A stretch of 63,203 nucleotides of DNA, counting the filler, from Octopus bimaculoides (taxonomy: Eukaryota), in the NCBI RefSeq assembly GCF_001194135.2. It is 5 parts of 5 records of this genome, joined end to end, with 100 filler letters (N's around TTAATTAATTAA, not from the genome) between each part and the next. Parts side by side here need not be neighbours in the genome. Positions count along the whole stretch, not along the records: positions 1 to 17,275 come from NC_069003.1; positions 17,376 to 32,579 come from NC_068992.1; 3 more parts are not named here. One strand, given 5' to 3'. The translations under genes were made by a program, and so were the position numbers. The notes under the pieces are model-generated. The model was given only the letters and a program-made list of their open reading frames with translations. It was not told the DNA's origin and did not search any database. Shown one piece after another: positions 12,322 through 27,554 of the stretch (within the stretch, counting starts at the first letter, position 1; every line of letters starts with the position of its first letter).

Positions 12322-13334
12322 GCAACAACAACAGCAACGGCCATTATTACGAGCCTGATGTCATTTTAGATCGATGACCCACAAATCTTCGTTGTTTGGG
12401 TAAAGAAAAAATGTTTGCAGAAGGGGGGGAAAAAAAAGGAATACATACATACATATATACAAATACACACACACACACACATGTTTGCATGAACGCATAT
12501 ATGCATATGTATGTATATGTATGTATATACACATACATATGTGCTTGTATGTATATGTACGTAGGCAACATAAGATATATCGAAATATATGAAAATGTGT
12601 AGATATTTATTTGGTAAAGGAATCTATTATTTAGTATTCTTTGATTGTTTGTTATTTCTGGCTGATTTCCAGGAAATTTTCATCGATGTTTTTCACATTG
12701 ATCGAAGGATTTCTGAAATTTCTTTGGTCGCTGGTTCAATTCTAGGATCTCATCGTCTTTAACAATCGTCTTCGGTTTATATCGTATTTGTATTGCTGTA
12801 GAAGGAGGGGGTGGTGGTGCTGATAGTGGAGGAAGGGTAGAAGTAGGAGAAGAAGAAGAGTAGTAGGTGAAGGAGGGTTTGGGTCAGGGTTACGAAAGAA
12901 GTGGGAGATGTAGGAGGGAAGAGGGAAAGTGTCAGACAAGCAATAGAAGCTGTTTGAGGAGGAAGGAGTAAAGGAGTAAAAGAGTAAAGGAAAGGAGTAC
13001 AGTCAGAAGAAGAGAGAGAAATGCTGGAAGAAGAAAGGGAACAGTCAGAGAGGAGGATGGGAGCCGTCGTCGTTGTTGGTGGTGGTGGGAGGTGTTAGAG
13101 AAGGAAAGTGAGAAGTCATGAGAGAGAATAATTGGAGTGAGAGCAGCAGAGGGGTAAATGGGAGGTGGTGACTAGTTGGGGGAGCGAATGGGAAAGAGAG
13201 TGAAAGTGAGAGGGACCGGAAGCGACGGAGCCAAGGTGAGTGAGCGGGGATGAAATTAATGGGGGATGGAGTATTTACACACTACATTTACATACATTAT
13301 GTACATACTGTGCATATATAATATATAAAATATA

Positions 13335-13415
13335 TATTTCAAATTCCACCAAAGTCGACTTTGTTTTTCATCCTCTCGGGGTCGATAAATTAAGTACCAG
13401 TTGCGTACTGGTTCG
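13335..13415 (+). mobile_element. SINE family C fragment
   Basis: TCAAATTCCACC..GTCGACTTTG..GGGTCGATAAATTAAGTACCAGTT matches 44700-44918. Confidence 0.8.
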
Positions 13416-13416
13416 A

Positions 13417-13454
<38 letters not shown>

Positions 13455-13479
13455 GAAATTTGCAGAAAAGCAAAAGACG

Positions 13480-13620
13480 AAGACAGGTGTATAAACAACA
13501 AGCAGGTGTATTAGTTTGATGCTCGGGAAGGTGAGGAAGTCTTTTACGTTTCGAGCCGAAGCTCTTCAGCAGAAAGGAACACAAGGAAATAAACAGAAAG
13601 AGAATAAAAAAAAAACTTTT
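13480..13620 (-). mobile_element. Penelope-like terminal fragment with hammerhead-like core
   Basis: Minus strand CTGAAGAGCTTCGGCTCGAAACGTAAAAG at 13541-13570. Confidence 0.5.
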
Positions 13621-14492
13621 AGAGTTAGTGGTCAATCATATAACTACACACGAGGTGTTAGTGATTTCTTTCTTTCTCTGAATTTCTTTCTCCNNNNNNN
13701 NNNNNNNNNNNNNNNNNNNNNNNNNNNNNNNNNNNNNNNNNNNNNNNNNNNNNNNNNNNNNNNNNNNNNNNNNNNNNNNNNNNNNNNNNNNNNNNNNNNN
13801 NNNNNNNNNNNNNNNNNNNNNNNNNNNNNNNNNNNNNNNNNNNNNNNNNNNNNNNNNNNNNNNNNNNNNNNNNNNNNNNNNNNNNNNNNNNNNNNNNNNN
13901 NNNNNNNNNNNNNNNNNNNNNNNNNNNNNNNNNNNNNNNNNNNNNNNNNNNNNNNNNNNNNNNNNNNNNNNNNNNNNNNNNNNNNNNNNNNNNNNNNNNN
14001 NNNNNNNNNNNNNNNNNNNNNNNNNNNNNNNNNNNNNNNNNNNNNNNNNNNNNNNNNNNNNNNNNNNNNNNNNNNNNNNNNNNNNNNNNNNNNNNNNNNN
14101 NNNNNNNNNNNNNNNNNNNNNNNNNNNNNNNNNNNNNNNNNNNNNNNNNNNNNNNNNNNNNNNNNNNNNNNNNNNNNNNNNNNNNNNNNNNNNNNNNNNN
14201 NNNNNNNNNNNNNNNNNNNNNNNNNNNNNNNNNNNNNNNNNNNNNNNNNNNNNNNNNNNNNNNNNNNNNNNNNNNNNNNNNNNNNNNNNNNNNNNNNNNN
14301 NNNNNNNNNNNNNNNNNNNNNNNNNNNNNNNNNNNNNNNNNNNNNNNNNNNNNNNNNNNNNNNNNNNNNNNNNNNNNNNNNNNNNNNNNNNNNNNNNNNN
14401 NNNNNNNNNNNNNNNNNNNNNNNNNNNNNNNNNNNNNNNNNNNNNNNNNNNNNNNNNNNNNNNNNNNNNNNNNNNNNNNNNNNNNNNNNNNN

Positions 14493-14536
<44 letters not shown>

Positions 14537-16494
14537 TATCATGATGGACTCTCCCGTTGTCAGACGACGTATGAGGGTTTGACGACGTATGAGGGTTCTC
14601 ACTCTGCTGGGTAATGAGATGACTTGTTTATAGTGATCAAAATGTTTGTGTAGACATAAGCTGACTCCCTCCATCGACATTACTTGTACAGGTGCAATGG
14701 GTGCCACATGTCAGATGTCGAAATAATTACAGAGCAACGTAAAATGAAACGCTTTGCTCAAGAACACAACGCAACGCCCGGTCTGTAGTAGAAGACACTT
14801 GCTCAAGGTACCACGCAGACGGATTGAACCCGGAAGCATGTGGTTAGAAAGCAAGCTTCTTACCACACCGCCACGCCTTCAAGCATTCAGACATACTTTC
14901 ATTGATACATGCATCCCTATAGTCATTCATACTCTTATATTTTTATTGATGGATATGTAGAGAGAGATAGGGAGATGTGCAGCAAAAGAACGGGAGAGAA
15001 AGGCAGATTGAATATGGTGACTGAGATAGTATGAGAAAGAGAGCATGAACAGGTAGATTGTCAGAGGGGTATACGATTGTTGCTATTTAGAGAGATAGAG
15101 AGAGAGATTGAGAGAGGGAAATAGATAGGAAGACTGCAGCGAAGAAATGGAAAGAGTGAGAGAAATATATTGATTGGTTAACAGAGAGAGATGGAAGAGA
15201 ACGAGAGAGAGGGTGAGAGAGGTGGAGAAAAATCGATAGAAGACGCAAAAATAACTGCGTAATTCCAGGAAAAATTGGCAAATACAGGTTCTGTGAAGTA
15301 GGAATTGTTAATTCTGTAGCATTAGGTTAACCATTTAATCACAGAAACCTATCCACCCATTCACCGCCGTGTTTTGAGTGGTTTTGTTGTGTTTTTAGTA
15401 TATTTTGGGAGCAGGAAATCACATTTATCTTTTTCTGTAACAAAAGGGTCGCCATTTATTTTTAACGTGTCTCGAACATTAACTCTGTTTAATTTCAGTT
15501 CATTATAACATATTCTGTTAAATATACACACATACGTATAATACACACACACAAATANNNNNNNNNNNNNNNNNNNNNNNNNNNNNNNNNNNNNNNNNNN
15601 NNNNNNNNNNNNNNNNNNNNNNNNNNNNNNNNNNNNNNNNNNNNNNNNNNNNNNNNNNNNNNNNNNNNNNNNNNNNNNNNNNNNNNNNNNNNNNNNNNNN
15701 NNNNNNNNNNNNNNNNNNNNNNNNNNNNNNNNNNNNNNNNNNNNNNNNNNNNNNNNNNNNNNNNNNNNNNNNNNNNNNNNNNNNNNNNNNNNNNNNNNNN
15801 NNNNNNNNNNNNNNNNNNNNNNNNNNNNNNNNNNNNNNNNNNNNNNNNNNNNNNNNNNNNNNNNNNNNNNNNNNNNNNNNNNNNNNNNNNNNNNNNNNNN
15901 NNNNNNNNNNNNNNNNNNNNNNNNNNNNNNNNNNNNNNNNNNNNNNNNNNNNNNNNNNNNNNNNNNNNNNNNNNNNNNNNNNNNNNNNNNNNNNNNNNNN
16001 NNNNNNNNNNNNNNNNNNNNNNNNNNNNNNNNNNNNNNNNNNNNNNNNNNNNNNNNNNNNNNNNNNNNNNNNNNNNNNNNNNNNNNNNNNNNNNNNNNNN
16101 NNNNNNNNNNNNNNNNNNNNNNNNNNNNNNNNNNNNNNNNNNNNNNNNNNNNNNNNNNNNNNNNNNNNNNNNNNNNNNNNNNNNNNNNNNNNNNNNNNNN
16201 NNNNNNNNNNNNNNNNNNNNNNNNNNNNNNNNNNNNNNNNNNNNNNNNNNNNNNNNNNNNNNNNNNNNNNNNNNNNNNNNNNNNNNNNNNNNNNNNNNNN
16301 NNNNNNNNNNNNNNNNNNNNNNNNNNNNNNNNNNNNNNNNNNNNNNNNNNNNNNNNNNNNNNNNNNNNNNNNNNNNNNNNNNNNNNNNNNNNNNNNNNNN
16401 NNGGTGGTGGTGGTCGTTGTAGTGGTGGTGGTGGTGGTGGTGGTGGTGGCAAAGGCCGATACCGCTTGGCACCAGTGACATCGAAACTGATTTT

Positions 16495-16635
16495 TACAGC
16501 TGAGTGAATTGGAGCAACGTGAAATACAGTGTCTTGCTCAAGAACACAATACAACATACAGCCTGATCCGCAAATTGAACTTACTATCTCATGACTGTGA
16601 GCCCGACGCTCTAACCATTAAGCTATGCGCCTCCA
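16495..16635 (-). mobile_element. SINE head related to the 62905-63180 variant
   Basis: Minus strand GGAGGCGCATAGCTTAATGGTTAGAGCGTCGGGCTCACAGTC...GTTCAATTTG...TGTTCTTGAGCAAGACAC. Confidence 0.7.
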
Positions 16636-17219
16636 AAGATACACACACATAGATAAATTCATACACATTGTTCAAAGGTCTTTAAACCGGTAATATATGT
16701 AGAATTATCTTCAAGGACTGAAAAAGAGTATTAAAAATTTGTAGATATCTTCCTGATGACAAACCGATATATTTATCGGTTTATAAAGCTTTGTACAGTC
16801 TTAGCCTCTTCGTTTATAAATAAACCAATTAATCAACGTTCTATTGTATTGCCTCATTAGGTGTTTTGATGATGGTTATGTTTTGGTGATCTCCTTAATC
16901 TTCAGATGATCACACTATATATAAATCCACACACATACAGACACAGACACACATAGACACATGCGCGAAAACGCACACACACGTACACACACATATAGAC
17001 GTTTGCACAGCGTAGAGCAGAAATTTAATGTAGATATCCTGTAGGATTTAACGCCTACGTCGAAGAAGCTAAACAAAGATGGAAACATCTTGTATCTTGG
17101 TGTTAGCACATAGAAAAACTGTGTACGTATATCTACGCATGCATCTATCAATGTATGTGTGCATGTATATGTATTTGTACATATGTATGTATCTACCCAA
17201 TGCATATGATATGCATGCA

Positions 17220-17275
<56 letters not shown>

Positions 17276-17319
17276 NNNNNNNNNNNNNNNNNNNNNNNNN
17301 NNNNNNNNNNNNNNNNNNN

Positions 17320-17331
17320 TTAATTAATTAA
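17320..17331. other. Artificial scaffold linker TTAATTAATTAA within 100-bp gap
   Basis: 44 N + 12 nt + 44 N; identical at four sites. Confidence 0.95.
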
Positions 17332-17375
17332 NNNNNNNNNNNNNNNNNNNNNNNNNNNNNNNNNNNNNNNNNNNN

Positions 17376-17440
<65 letters not shown>

Positions 17441-17454
17441 TGTAAAAATATGTG

Positions 17455-17670
17455 CGTGTCTTTGCATCTGTGTTTGTCCCCCACCACTGCTTCACGACTG
17501 GTGTTGGTGTGTTTACGTCCCCGTATCCTAGCGGTCCGTCAAAACAGACTGATAGAATAGGTACTAGGCTTAAAAGAAATAAGTTTTGGGATCAATTTGC
17601 TCGACTAAAACCTTTCAATGCGGTGCCCCAGCATGGCCGCAGTCTAATGACTGAAACAGGTAAAAGAAAG
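17455..17670 (+). mobile_element. SINE family A, 3' half
   Basis: Matches the tail of 38842-39225. Confidence 0.85.
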
Positions 17671-18057
17671 CGTTCCCTTTGTGGTGCCATTCATTGAACT
17701 TCTGCTATTTGTGAGCAAGTACCTCTCGGAATATTGCCAAGTGTATCACACTTCGTTCTTGGTTTATTGATTTAGGGAGAATGAGACTAAAAGTCAAGTT
17801 CAGCTGGATTTGAACTCAGGACGTAAAGAGGCATGAAAGTAAATGTCAAGGACAATATTATCAGTCGCTCTGTTGATTCAGCCATCCCCTTGCCATATAT
17901 GGACATTAATAAATTCTTTTGACAAGGTATAATGTATAAATATATAAATATATCAAAATAGTCGAAAAGATTACGGTATTTATTAAAAAGAAAATATATC
18001 TCAGAGGGGTATATGAATTAATACAGAGGAAGAAATATAAAGATTGAACTAGCGAGC

Positions 18058-18133
<76 letters not shown>

Positions 18134-19025
18134 TGGAAGAGGTTGAAACTTTAATCTACTGCGAGAAAATGGAGGAGCTTTCCATATTTAGTAAATTTGG
18201 AGGTGAAAACAGGAAGGAATTTTTGCCACCTGTAACAGCACACATGTTCATCGAAGTGTAAATGTTGCAGTCTCCATATTGACCAGATATTAAATAGTAC
18301 CGTTGGACATAGCAAATAGATTAGAATTTCAAGATGATAGATTCACCTGAAGCTAGACGAAACTTTAGCAGCGAAAGAAGCATTTCACCAGCAACAATCA
18401 TCTACTATACATTGATGCATACATACATACAAACAAACATACATACATACATACATACATACAAACATACATACTTATATGAGTGTGTATATATGTGTAC
18501 AAGTTCTTTTATATATATATTTATGTAGGTATGTATGTATACATATTTCTAATAATTTACATAAATATGTATTTAGAAACATTTATAAATGCCATCATTA
18601 TATACTACATACATGCATACATACATACATGCATATGCAATATATTTAAATAGACATACATATGTGTGTGTGCGCGTGTGTGTGTATACACCTATTACAT
18701 TCGGTATAATTTCTTGCTTGTTTCAATTGCTGTACACACATCCATCATGTCTATACACTATATTTTCACATAAAAGCATATTATGAATCTATATAGATGC
18801 ATTTATACATTCTTATATGCATACGTATACATATGTATATATAATATACATATATACATAATTGGGTATGGGTATGCGCGTGTCTGTGTGTATGTGTCAA
18901 TGAAAGCAGAAGCGAAACTCAGAGTAATTGCAGAGAATGTAATGTCAGCAGTGGATGAAATAATAATAATTACACCATACAACTATATGTGGAGTATTTA
19001 TTCATCTATCTGTAAATTTCAAACG

Positions 19026-19097
<72 letters not shown>

Positions 19098-19701
19098 TAT
19101 GTGCATACATAAATGCATGCTCCTATACGTATTCCTGTGTATAAAATATCTACGTGCGTCTTTGTCAGTATATATGAACATGCAAAAATGCAAGCACACA
19201 TACACACATATATATATATCATATATGTGTGTGTGCACATGTCCGTATGTATATATATATAGATATATATAGATATATATTTATTTATGTGTGTGTGTGT
19301 GCGTGTGTTTGTGTGTGTAGATGGACGGATGCATGACTATATATGCATGTATGTGCATGTGTGCACGCATGTGTGTGTGCATATGTATTGGTTTATTCTT
19401 TATTATTGACGAACTCTAATTAGGCTGAAGATCCGCAGGGAGTTTTGTATTTGTTTTTCATTTTCTCTTGTTGTAACGGTTGTTGTCGTTGTTGTTGTTG
19501 TTGTTATTGTTTCTGATGTTATTGATGATGATGATGATGACGACGACCGTGATGATGCGCTTCATTTTTATGTTCTTTTCTTTTTCTGGGGAAACAAAAA
19601 AGTTTTCAATATGATTTACACGCTTGGTGTCAGAAGCTGATACAAAAATATCAATATTTTATATCTATGTGTATATGTGTGTAAAAATATGTGTGTATAC
19701 A

Positions 19702-19735
<34 letters not shown>

Positions 19736-19921
19736 CATACATACATATGTGTGTGTGAGTGTGTACGTATCTATATACATATATGTGTGTGTGTATGTGT
19801 GTGTATATATATGTACATACATAATATGTGCCTGTGTATGTATTAATATTTATGATATAACCAAAGATTCAGAGATAAATAGGCACAAAAAGAAACAAAT
19901 AAATATGGACATATATATATG

Positions 19922-19956
<35 letters not shown>

Positions 19957-20891
19957 TTATGCCGATACATATACATATATATGTGTATATATCTATCTAT
20001 ATATATATATATATATATATAAGAATGAATATATATGTACATATGTATATACATACTTGCATACATATATCAACAGCAGCTATTCCAGTTACTGCCCACA
20101 ATGATATTGTAAACAAATAAAAGAACAATGTAAATCCCCATACCCCTGCCTCCTCATCCCACAGCATCCCACCCTACCCCAAATAAACAAAAACCTCAAC
20201 AACAATAACAAAACCATCACGAAATGATACGATATTCTTGCAAGCGACTGAGAAAAACAAATTATTATTGTTAAACAAAAGAAAAACAAGATACTTACAC
20301 AAGAAACAAAAAAAAATGTAAAAAAAGAACCGAAACGGAAAACGAAGAAGAAAAAAGTGAAGAAACTACAAATAACACTGTATACACTGATAAATGACTT
20401 AGTTTACATCCTGGCATTCGATTTCAATTTTAGTGCGGACCTATTTTGTTCACTTAAAAATATATTAATCGTTAGATAATAACAAAATTTTGTTCCAGTT
20501 CACTGATAAATCCACATGTTCAAGGAACAAAAGGGAGGGTCAGGAAGAGGAGAAGGCGCAGGAGGAAAGTATTTATCGCTACAATCACTACGGACCGTAG
20601 CAGCAGCAGCAGCGCCGCCATCACCACCAATCTTATTCTTCCTTCTAGAGTTTCACAAATGATGGGATTTTCAAGAGAAGAGAAACGTTATAGGGTGGGA
20701 GAGAGAGAGAGAGGGGGGGTAGAAGGGGAAGAGGGATAGATAGACGTGAATAAGAGCCTCGCGGTTAGACGAGATCAGTCAGCACATACTGATCTGTAAA
20801 CGCCAATCAAATACCATATAAATTTATATATGTATGTGGGTGCATATGTGTATATACATATACATACATATATACATGTATACATACATAC

Positions 20892-20935
<44 letters not shown>

Positions 20936-21193
20936 ATAGATATATATATACATACATATATATATTTATATATAGGAATAATTTATATTAATATATATAT
21001 ACATAAATGTATGCATGTAAATAATAAACATATATATGTATATATATATATATATCGAATAGGTATTTATATATAATAATACATATGCATATACATATAG
21101 ATCAATATACAAATATATATGTATTTATATGTACACNNNNNNNNNNTCATCATCATCATTATTATGACTATTATCATTATCATTGTCATTATT

Positions 21194-21237
<44 letters not shown>

Positions 21238-21601
21238 TATTATTATTATCATTATTATTATTATTATTATTATTAATATTAACAATTCTCCCTTACAGAA
21301 CAGATATCAATAATTTTAATAATATTCTGTAGAAGAATGAGAGTGAGGTGGGGTCAGAGACAGTCAGACACACAGGCAGACAGAAAAGCCGTCAGACAAA
21401 CAGACATGCTCATAGAAGAGCGAAACATGCCCACAGACAGGACAAACTTTCTCGTTTATATGTGTGTGTGTGTATTATATATGTATGTGTGTATATATGT
21501 ATATCACACGCATATATATATATATATAAATATATATATGCATATATTTATATATTTGTGTGTGTGTGTGTGTGTGTGAGAGAGACAGAGTGTGTGCGTG
21601 T

Positions 21602-21646
<45 letters not shown>

Positions 21647-22120
21647 CAGATAGATGAACTGAGAGTTAGACAGAGTAGTTTCAGACAGGTAGGTACATAC
21701 ACAGACAGGCCAATAGACAGACAAGAGAGACCAAATTAATAAACATAATTAGGACATTCAGTCTTATCTTTCTTCATATTTTAATTACATTTTTATTTAC
21801 ATAAATATAATAATGATATTTCAGTTTTATATTTCATATTACTTTGGTATAATTCCATTTTTATTTACACCTATAGTATATTGAAGAAAATAGCTCATTT
21901 ATTTAGTTAGGAATATGTAACTTTTACTAAAAGAAAGTACTTATTTAAATCTACACAGTCTAGGAATCTCTTGAAAATTCTAATTTTATATATTTTTATC
22001 AAAATGTGGTTTTGAAGGTATTTTTATAAAATTGTGACTGCAGAAACCTGATTTTAATTCACCGTGAGATACCATTCCCTCTTTGTCTTTCTCTATCTGT
22101 CTGTCTTTCTGTCTCTCTCA

Positions 22121-22185
<65 letters not shown>

Positions 22186-22489
22186 TCTCTCTCTCTCTCT
22201 GTCTCTTTCTCTCTCTCGGTTTTTGTATGTCTGTCTCAACTTCCCTCCCTCCGAACTTCCTTCTTTCTCTCTCTTCATCGCCTTCTTTCTCTGTTACTCA
22301 ATAACTTGGAATCTGCCATGTATTTCCTTTAGAGATCACCGTGTTATGGTACTTCATGTAAGGAACGGGTAAAAAAGCATTTCCCATCAATGTACATCTG
22401 TTTATATAAGTTATTGATACTAAAATGTATAAACACACACTCACACACACTATATGTGTATATTCTTTTATTCTATTATTCTTTTACAC

Positions 22490-22810
22490 GCTTCAATCAT
22501 TTGACTGCAGCCATGCTGGAGCACCGCCTTAAAGGGTTTTAGTCGAATATATCAACCCTAGGACTTATTCTTTGTACGCCTAGTACTTATTTTGTAAGTG
22601 TCTTTTGCCGAACCGCAATGTTATGGGGGCATAAACACACCAACATCGGTTGTCGAGCGATGGTCAAGCGATGGTGGTGGAGAAACACTGACACAAATGC
22701 ACACACGTAAATATATATACATATATGTCGGGCTTCTTCCAGATTCCTCTAGTAAATTCACTCACAAGGCTTTGGTCGGTTCGAGGCTATAGTAGAAGAC
22801 ACTTGCCCAA
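22490..22810 (-). mobile_element. SINE family A, head truncated
   Basis: Matches 10661-10945. Confidence 0.85.
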
Positions 22811-22857
22811 TATATACATGTGTGTGTGTGTGTGTAAATATATATATGCACACACAC

Positions 22858-22889
<32 letters not shown>

Positions 22890-23993
22890 NNNNNNNNNNN
22901 NNNNNNNNNNNNNNNNNNNNNNNNNNNNNNNNNNNNNNNNNNNNNNNNNNNNNNNNNNNNNNNNNNNNNNNNNNNNNNNNNNNNNNNNNNNNNNNNNNNN
23001 NNNNNNNNNNNNNNNNNNNNNNNNNNNNNNNNNNNNNNNNNNNNNNNNNNNNNNNNNNNNNNNNNNNNNNNNNNNNNNNNNNNNNNNNNNNNNNNNNNNN
23101 NNNNNNNNNNNNNNNNNNNNNNNNNNNNNNNNNNNNNNNNNNNNNNNNNNNNNNNNNNNNNNNNNNNNNNNNNNNNNNNNNNNNNNNNNNNNNNNNNNNN
23201 NNNNNNNNNNNNNNNNNNNNNNNNNNNNNNNNNNNNNNNNNNNNNNNNNNNNNNNNNNNNNNNNNNNNNNNNNNNNNNNNNNNNNNNNNNNNNNNNNNNN
23301 NNNNNNNNNNNNNNNNNNNNNNNNNNNNNNNNNNNNNNNNNNNNNNNNNNNNNNNNNNNNNNNNNNNNNNNNNNNNNNNNNNNNNNNNNNNNNNNNNNNN
23401 NNNNNNNNNNNNNNNNNNNNNNNNNNNNNNNNNNNNNNNNNNNNNNNNNNNNNNNNNNNNNNNNNNNNNNNNNNNNNNNNNNNNNNNNNNNNNNNNNNNN
23501 NNNNNNNNNNNNNNNNNNNNNNNNNNNNNNNNNNNNNNNNNNNNNNNNNNNNNNNNNNNNNNNNNNNNNNNNNNNNNNNNGTGTGTGTGTGTGTGTGCGT
23601 GTGTGTGTGCCTGCATCTGTGTGTGTCTGCTTTTACCTACATATCTATATATGAAGGTGTGTATTTATGCGTATTTGTATATTTATATAAATACAGGAAC
23701 AGATACATACATACGTACACACACTCACACACCTACACACATACACCCCCCCCACACACACACACAGGTATTTATATATTCACATGCGTATATGTATATT
23801 TATGCGTATATATATATATATATTTATTTATGCGTAAATATATGTGTAGACATTTTTCCATGTCAGCACTTACACGTGTTTCCGTTGCAAGTCGGTGCAC
23901 ACTACAAATTTTGCATCTTGCATTGTTAACCGGTACAAGTGAATCCCGCTAGAATTGTATATCCCTATTAAACAGCTTTGGAAATTTACCTGA

Positions 23994-24079
<86 letters not shown>

Positions 24080-24505
24080 TTGTCAAAGAGAGATAGATAG
24101 ACACACACACACATAAGTACAGATGCTGTAATATTTTTAATAAATGTGTATATGCGTATGTACGTATACCATGCAATGCTAAAGTCTCAGGTTACAGCCT
24201 TTATTATTCAAAATTTATTGGTTCTACACTTGCACAATTTTTCAGAAGCTGGTTACCTTCAAAAACGGGTGCTTTGCTTGTTATAACAATGATAAACTAT
24301 GGCAAATTCAGCATCTCTTATATCAATCAGTATTGTCTACGGATTGTCCCAAAAGAAGATGATACGAAACTGTATCAGTAAACAAACGCTGTACACTCGA
24401 ACACTATGCTAAATATTTATTCATATAAAAGTATTGAGTTCATTTTTACTTTGTTCGTAGTATATCACATTATCATTTATGTAATCATACACTCAAAAGC
24501 ACTCT

Positions 24506-24569
<64 letters not shown>

Positions 24570-26436
24570 AGATCTTAGTGTTTCTGTCTGATAAGAATAC
24601 ACAAGAAACTCTTATCTCGTTGTAAATAAACCCTAATTATTGGACATGTCCATCAAGACTAATGACCGGAACGTCTGAGCTATTATTGACACATACAACG
24701 TCTTAAACACACACAAACAAATACACATGCACCACCACTCGCGCACACACACACAAATACACAAGCGCACACACAGAATTGTATATGCCTATCTATGTGA
24801 CACGCTATATCTGTAAGCACGTATCTACACATATATTTACGCATAAATATATACATATATATGTTTATATGTATGTACGTTTATATGTATGTATGTATGT
24901 ATGTATGTGCTTGTATATACATATATGCATGTACGTATGTATGCATACGTATAATTCACAGATACGCTCCCATATCAATGTGAATTCATCTCTCTTTATC
25001 TCTTTCTCTCTATCCTTCTGCAAAAATATGTTTGTGTGTGCGTGTGTGTGTGTGTGTGTGTGTATTGGTGTGGTGATACATTTTACTTCCTGTGGTACGT
25101 GGTAAGTCAACTATATATATGTATATGTATACATGCGTATATATGTATATGTATACATACATACACACACACATACACAGACACATACACATGCACACAA
25201 ACGTTTATAGTTATGTATACTCAGAAAACACATATACGAGTACGTATAAACATGTGTGCGCCTGTGTGTACGCTTATATGCTTACATATGTATATATACA
25301 CAAACATTTACTGACTCCACATATATACACACGCGTTACAAATCTCTACTAAAATGTTGGTATAGTCTAATTCCAAGCCAGACGCTTACGGCAGATGATT
25401 TCAACTAATATCGTATTTAGTATTATGTAATTCGAAATAATTCCTTGAAATACCGGAATATCAACTTTTAGGACCTTTGCTACGAACTTTCTCGGAGTGT
25501 TTCTTCTGTAAATATGATTCTTAATATTTTCTCCGCATTCATTCGTGGAGTCACGAAATGATGGTTATGCTCGTACCATATGTTTCGTGGATTTATTTCA
25601 ACCGTTGCGCTTTCATTATTGTTTGTTTTATTTTTGTCACGAGTTTGTTTTATTTTTTTATGCATTTGTTTAGATATTTTATTGTAATATAGATACAATA
25701 TCATCAATTTCAGTGAAGCCACTATTGATTATACAGACCCCCATCATCTTACTGGTACTTCATTTCATCGTCTCCCGAAAGGATAAAATGTACTATCTGT
25801 TATGTTTATTTTGTTTCTATCTTTTTTAATTTGTTGAATATATTATACTGTACTAAAGACTATGTCTGCAGATATTTAGCCAGCATTACAAGCATAGACA
25901 GATATAAACACTGAATCATGTTCGCCAGACGACGGAGGTGAAACACAACTTCTCACAGATCGATGGTGTACAGGCGGTTCTGATTAAATCAGCCTTAATA
26001 TTTTACTGATACTTAATTTTACCAAACCCAGAAATATGATCGTCAAAGTGGGTCTTGCAGGGATCTGAACTTGAAGGTGATGCAAAGGGAGATAATTACA
26101 ATATAAAAGTAGGTAACAAAAATTGTAACATATTTTAGACGGGTGTATTGCGGATCCGGCTGATTTATTGCCCTTCCTTTAACCTTGCGCTGTTCTTTCA
26201 ATGAAACCGCTCACTAGATTATATTTTGGGCTTGCAATAAACGCAAAAATCAAAACCCGAAAGCGAAATTCCTGTGTTCCATACTACGAGTGATTGTTTC
26301 ATTCCACTTGTTTCTATCGTATGTTTATTCTCTCTTTCTTCCACAAACGTCGGCCATCATCTCACCCAACAAAACCATGACGGCCTTACATATCTCATTT
26401 CCTCTGCTTTCTTGCAGAAATCAAACTACCTCCTCA

Positions 26437-26479
<43 letters not shown>

Positions 26480-27106
26480 NNNNNNNNNNNNNNNNNNNNN
26501 NNNNNNNNNNNNNNNNNNNNNNNNNNNNNNNNNNNNNNNNNNNNNNNNNNNNNNNNNNNNNNNNNNNNNNNNNNNNNNNNNNNNNNNNNNNNNNNNNNNN
26601 NNNNNNNNNNNNNNNNNNNNNNNNNNNNNNNNNNNNNNNNNNNNNNNNNNNNNNNNNNNNNNNNNNNNNNNNNNNNNNNNNNNNNNNNNNNNNNNNNNNN
26701 NNNNNNNNNNNNNNNNNNNNNNNNNNNNNNNNNNNNNNNNNNNNNNNNNNNNNNNNNNNNNNNNNNNNNNNNNNNNNNNNNNNNNNNNNNNNNNNNNNNN
26801 NNNNNNNNNNNNNNNNNNNNNNNNNNNNNNNNNNNNNNNNNNNNNNNNNNNNNNNNNNNNNNNNNNNNNNNNNNNNNNNNNNNNNNNNNNNNNNNNNNNN
26901 NNNNNNNNNNNNNNNNNNNNNNNNNNNNNNNNNNNNNNNNNNNNNNNNNNNNNNNNNNNNNNNNNNNNNNNNNNNNNNNNNNNNNNNNNNNNNNNNNNNN
27001 NNNNNNNNNNNNNNNNNNNNNNNNNNNNNNNNNNNNNNNNNNNNNNNNNNNNNNNNNNNNNNNNNNNNNNNNNNNNNNNNNNNNNNNNNNNNNNNNNNNN
27101 NNNNNN

Positions 27107-27160
<54 letters not shown>

Positions 27161-27554
27161 CGTGCGTGTGTGTTTGCGTTATGTAGTCATATATGTATGC
27201 ACTCCCATATCGCGGTTCCTTGCAATTATCAGAAGAATTACCAACGGTAACTACACATAAAATGTACATCTACCTCAGACCCACTGACTACTACTGGTAT
27301 CTACAATCTAACCACCATAGCGATAAACTTACTAGTTACCACTGGTATCAATACATCATGAATATACACAACTATGGTATAAATTTAATTTAAAGTCACA
27401 CACACTAACTTATACACGCACACACACACACTATTGACTTGACCTTTTCTCTGTCCAGTTTTCAAGAAAATAAATACCGGTCATATACACAGTACCAGTA
27501 AAATACTTGTTATCATGTCCCCTAATATCCGGTCTTGTTGACTTTATCAGGGCA

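Noticed and set aside
18347-18385. CTGAAG...GAAA hammerhead-like relics here and at 31152-31175 and 53951-53970
   Set aside because: Core or stems too degenerate to distinguish from chance without a family consensus.
25480-25722. Minus-strand ORF (…INPRNIWYEHNHHFVTPRMNAEK…) as an exon of a second gene
   Set aside because: No recognisable domain, no convincing splice pair, no companion exons.
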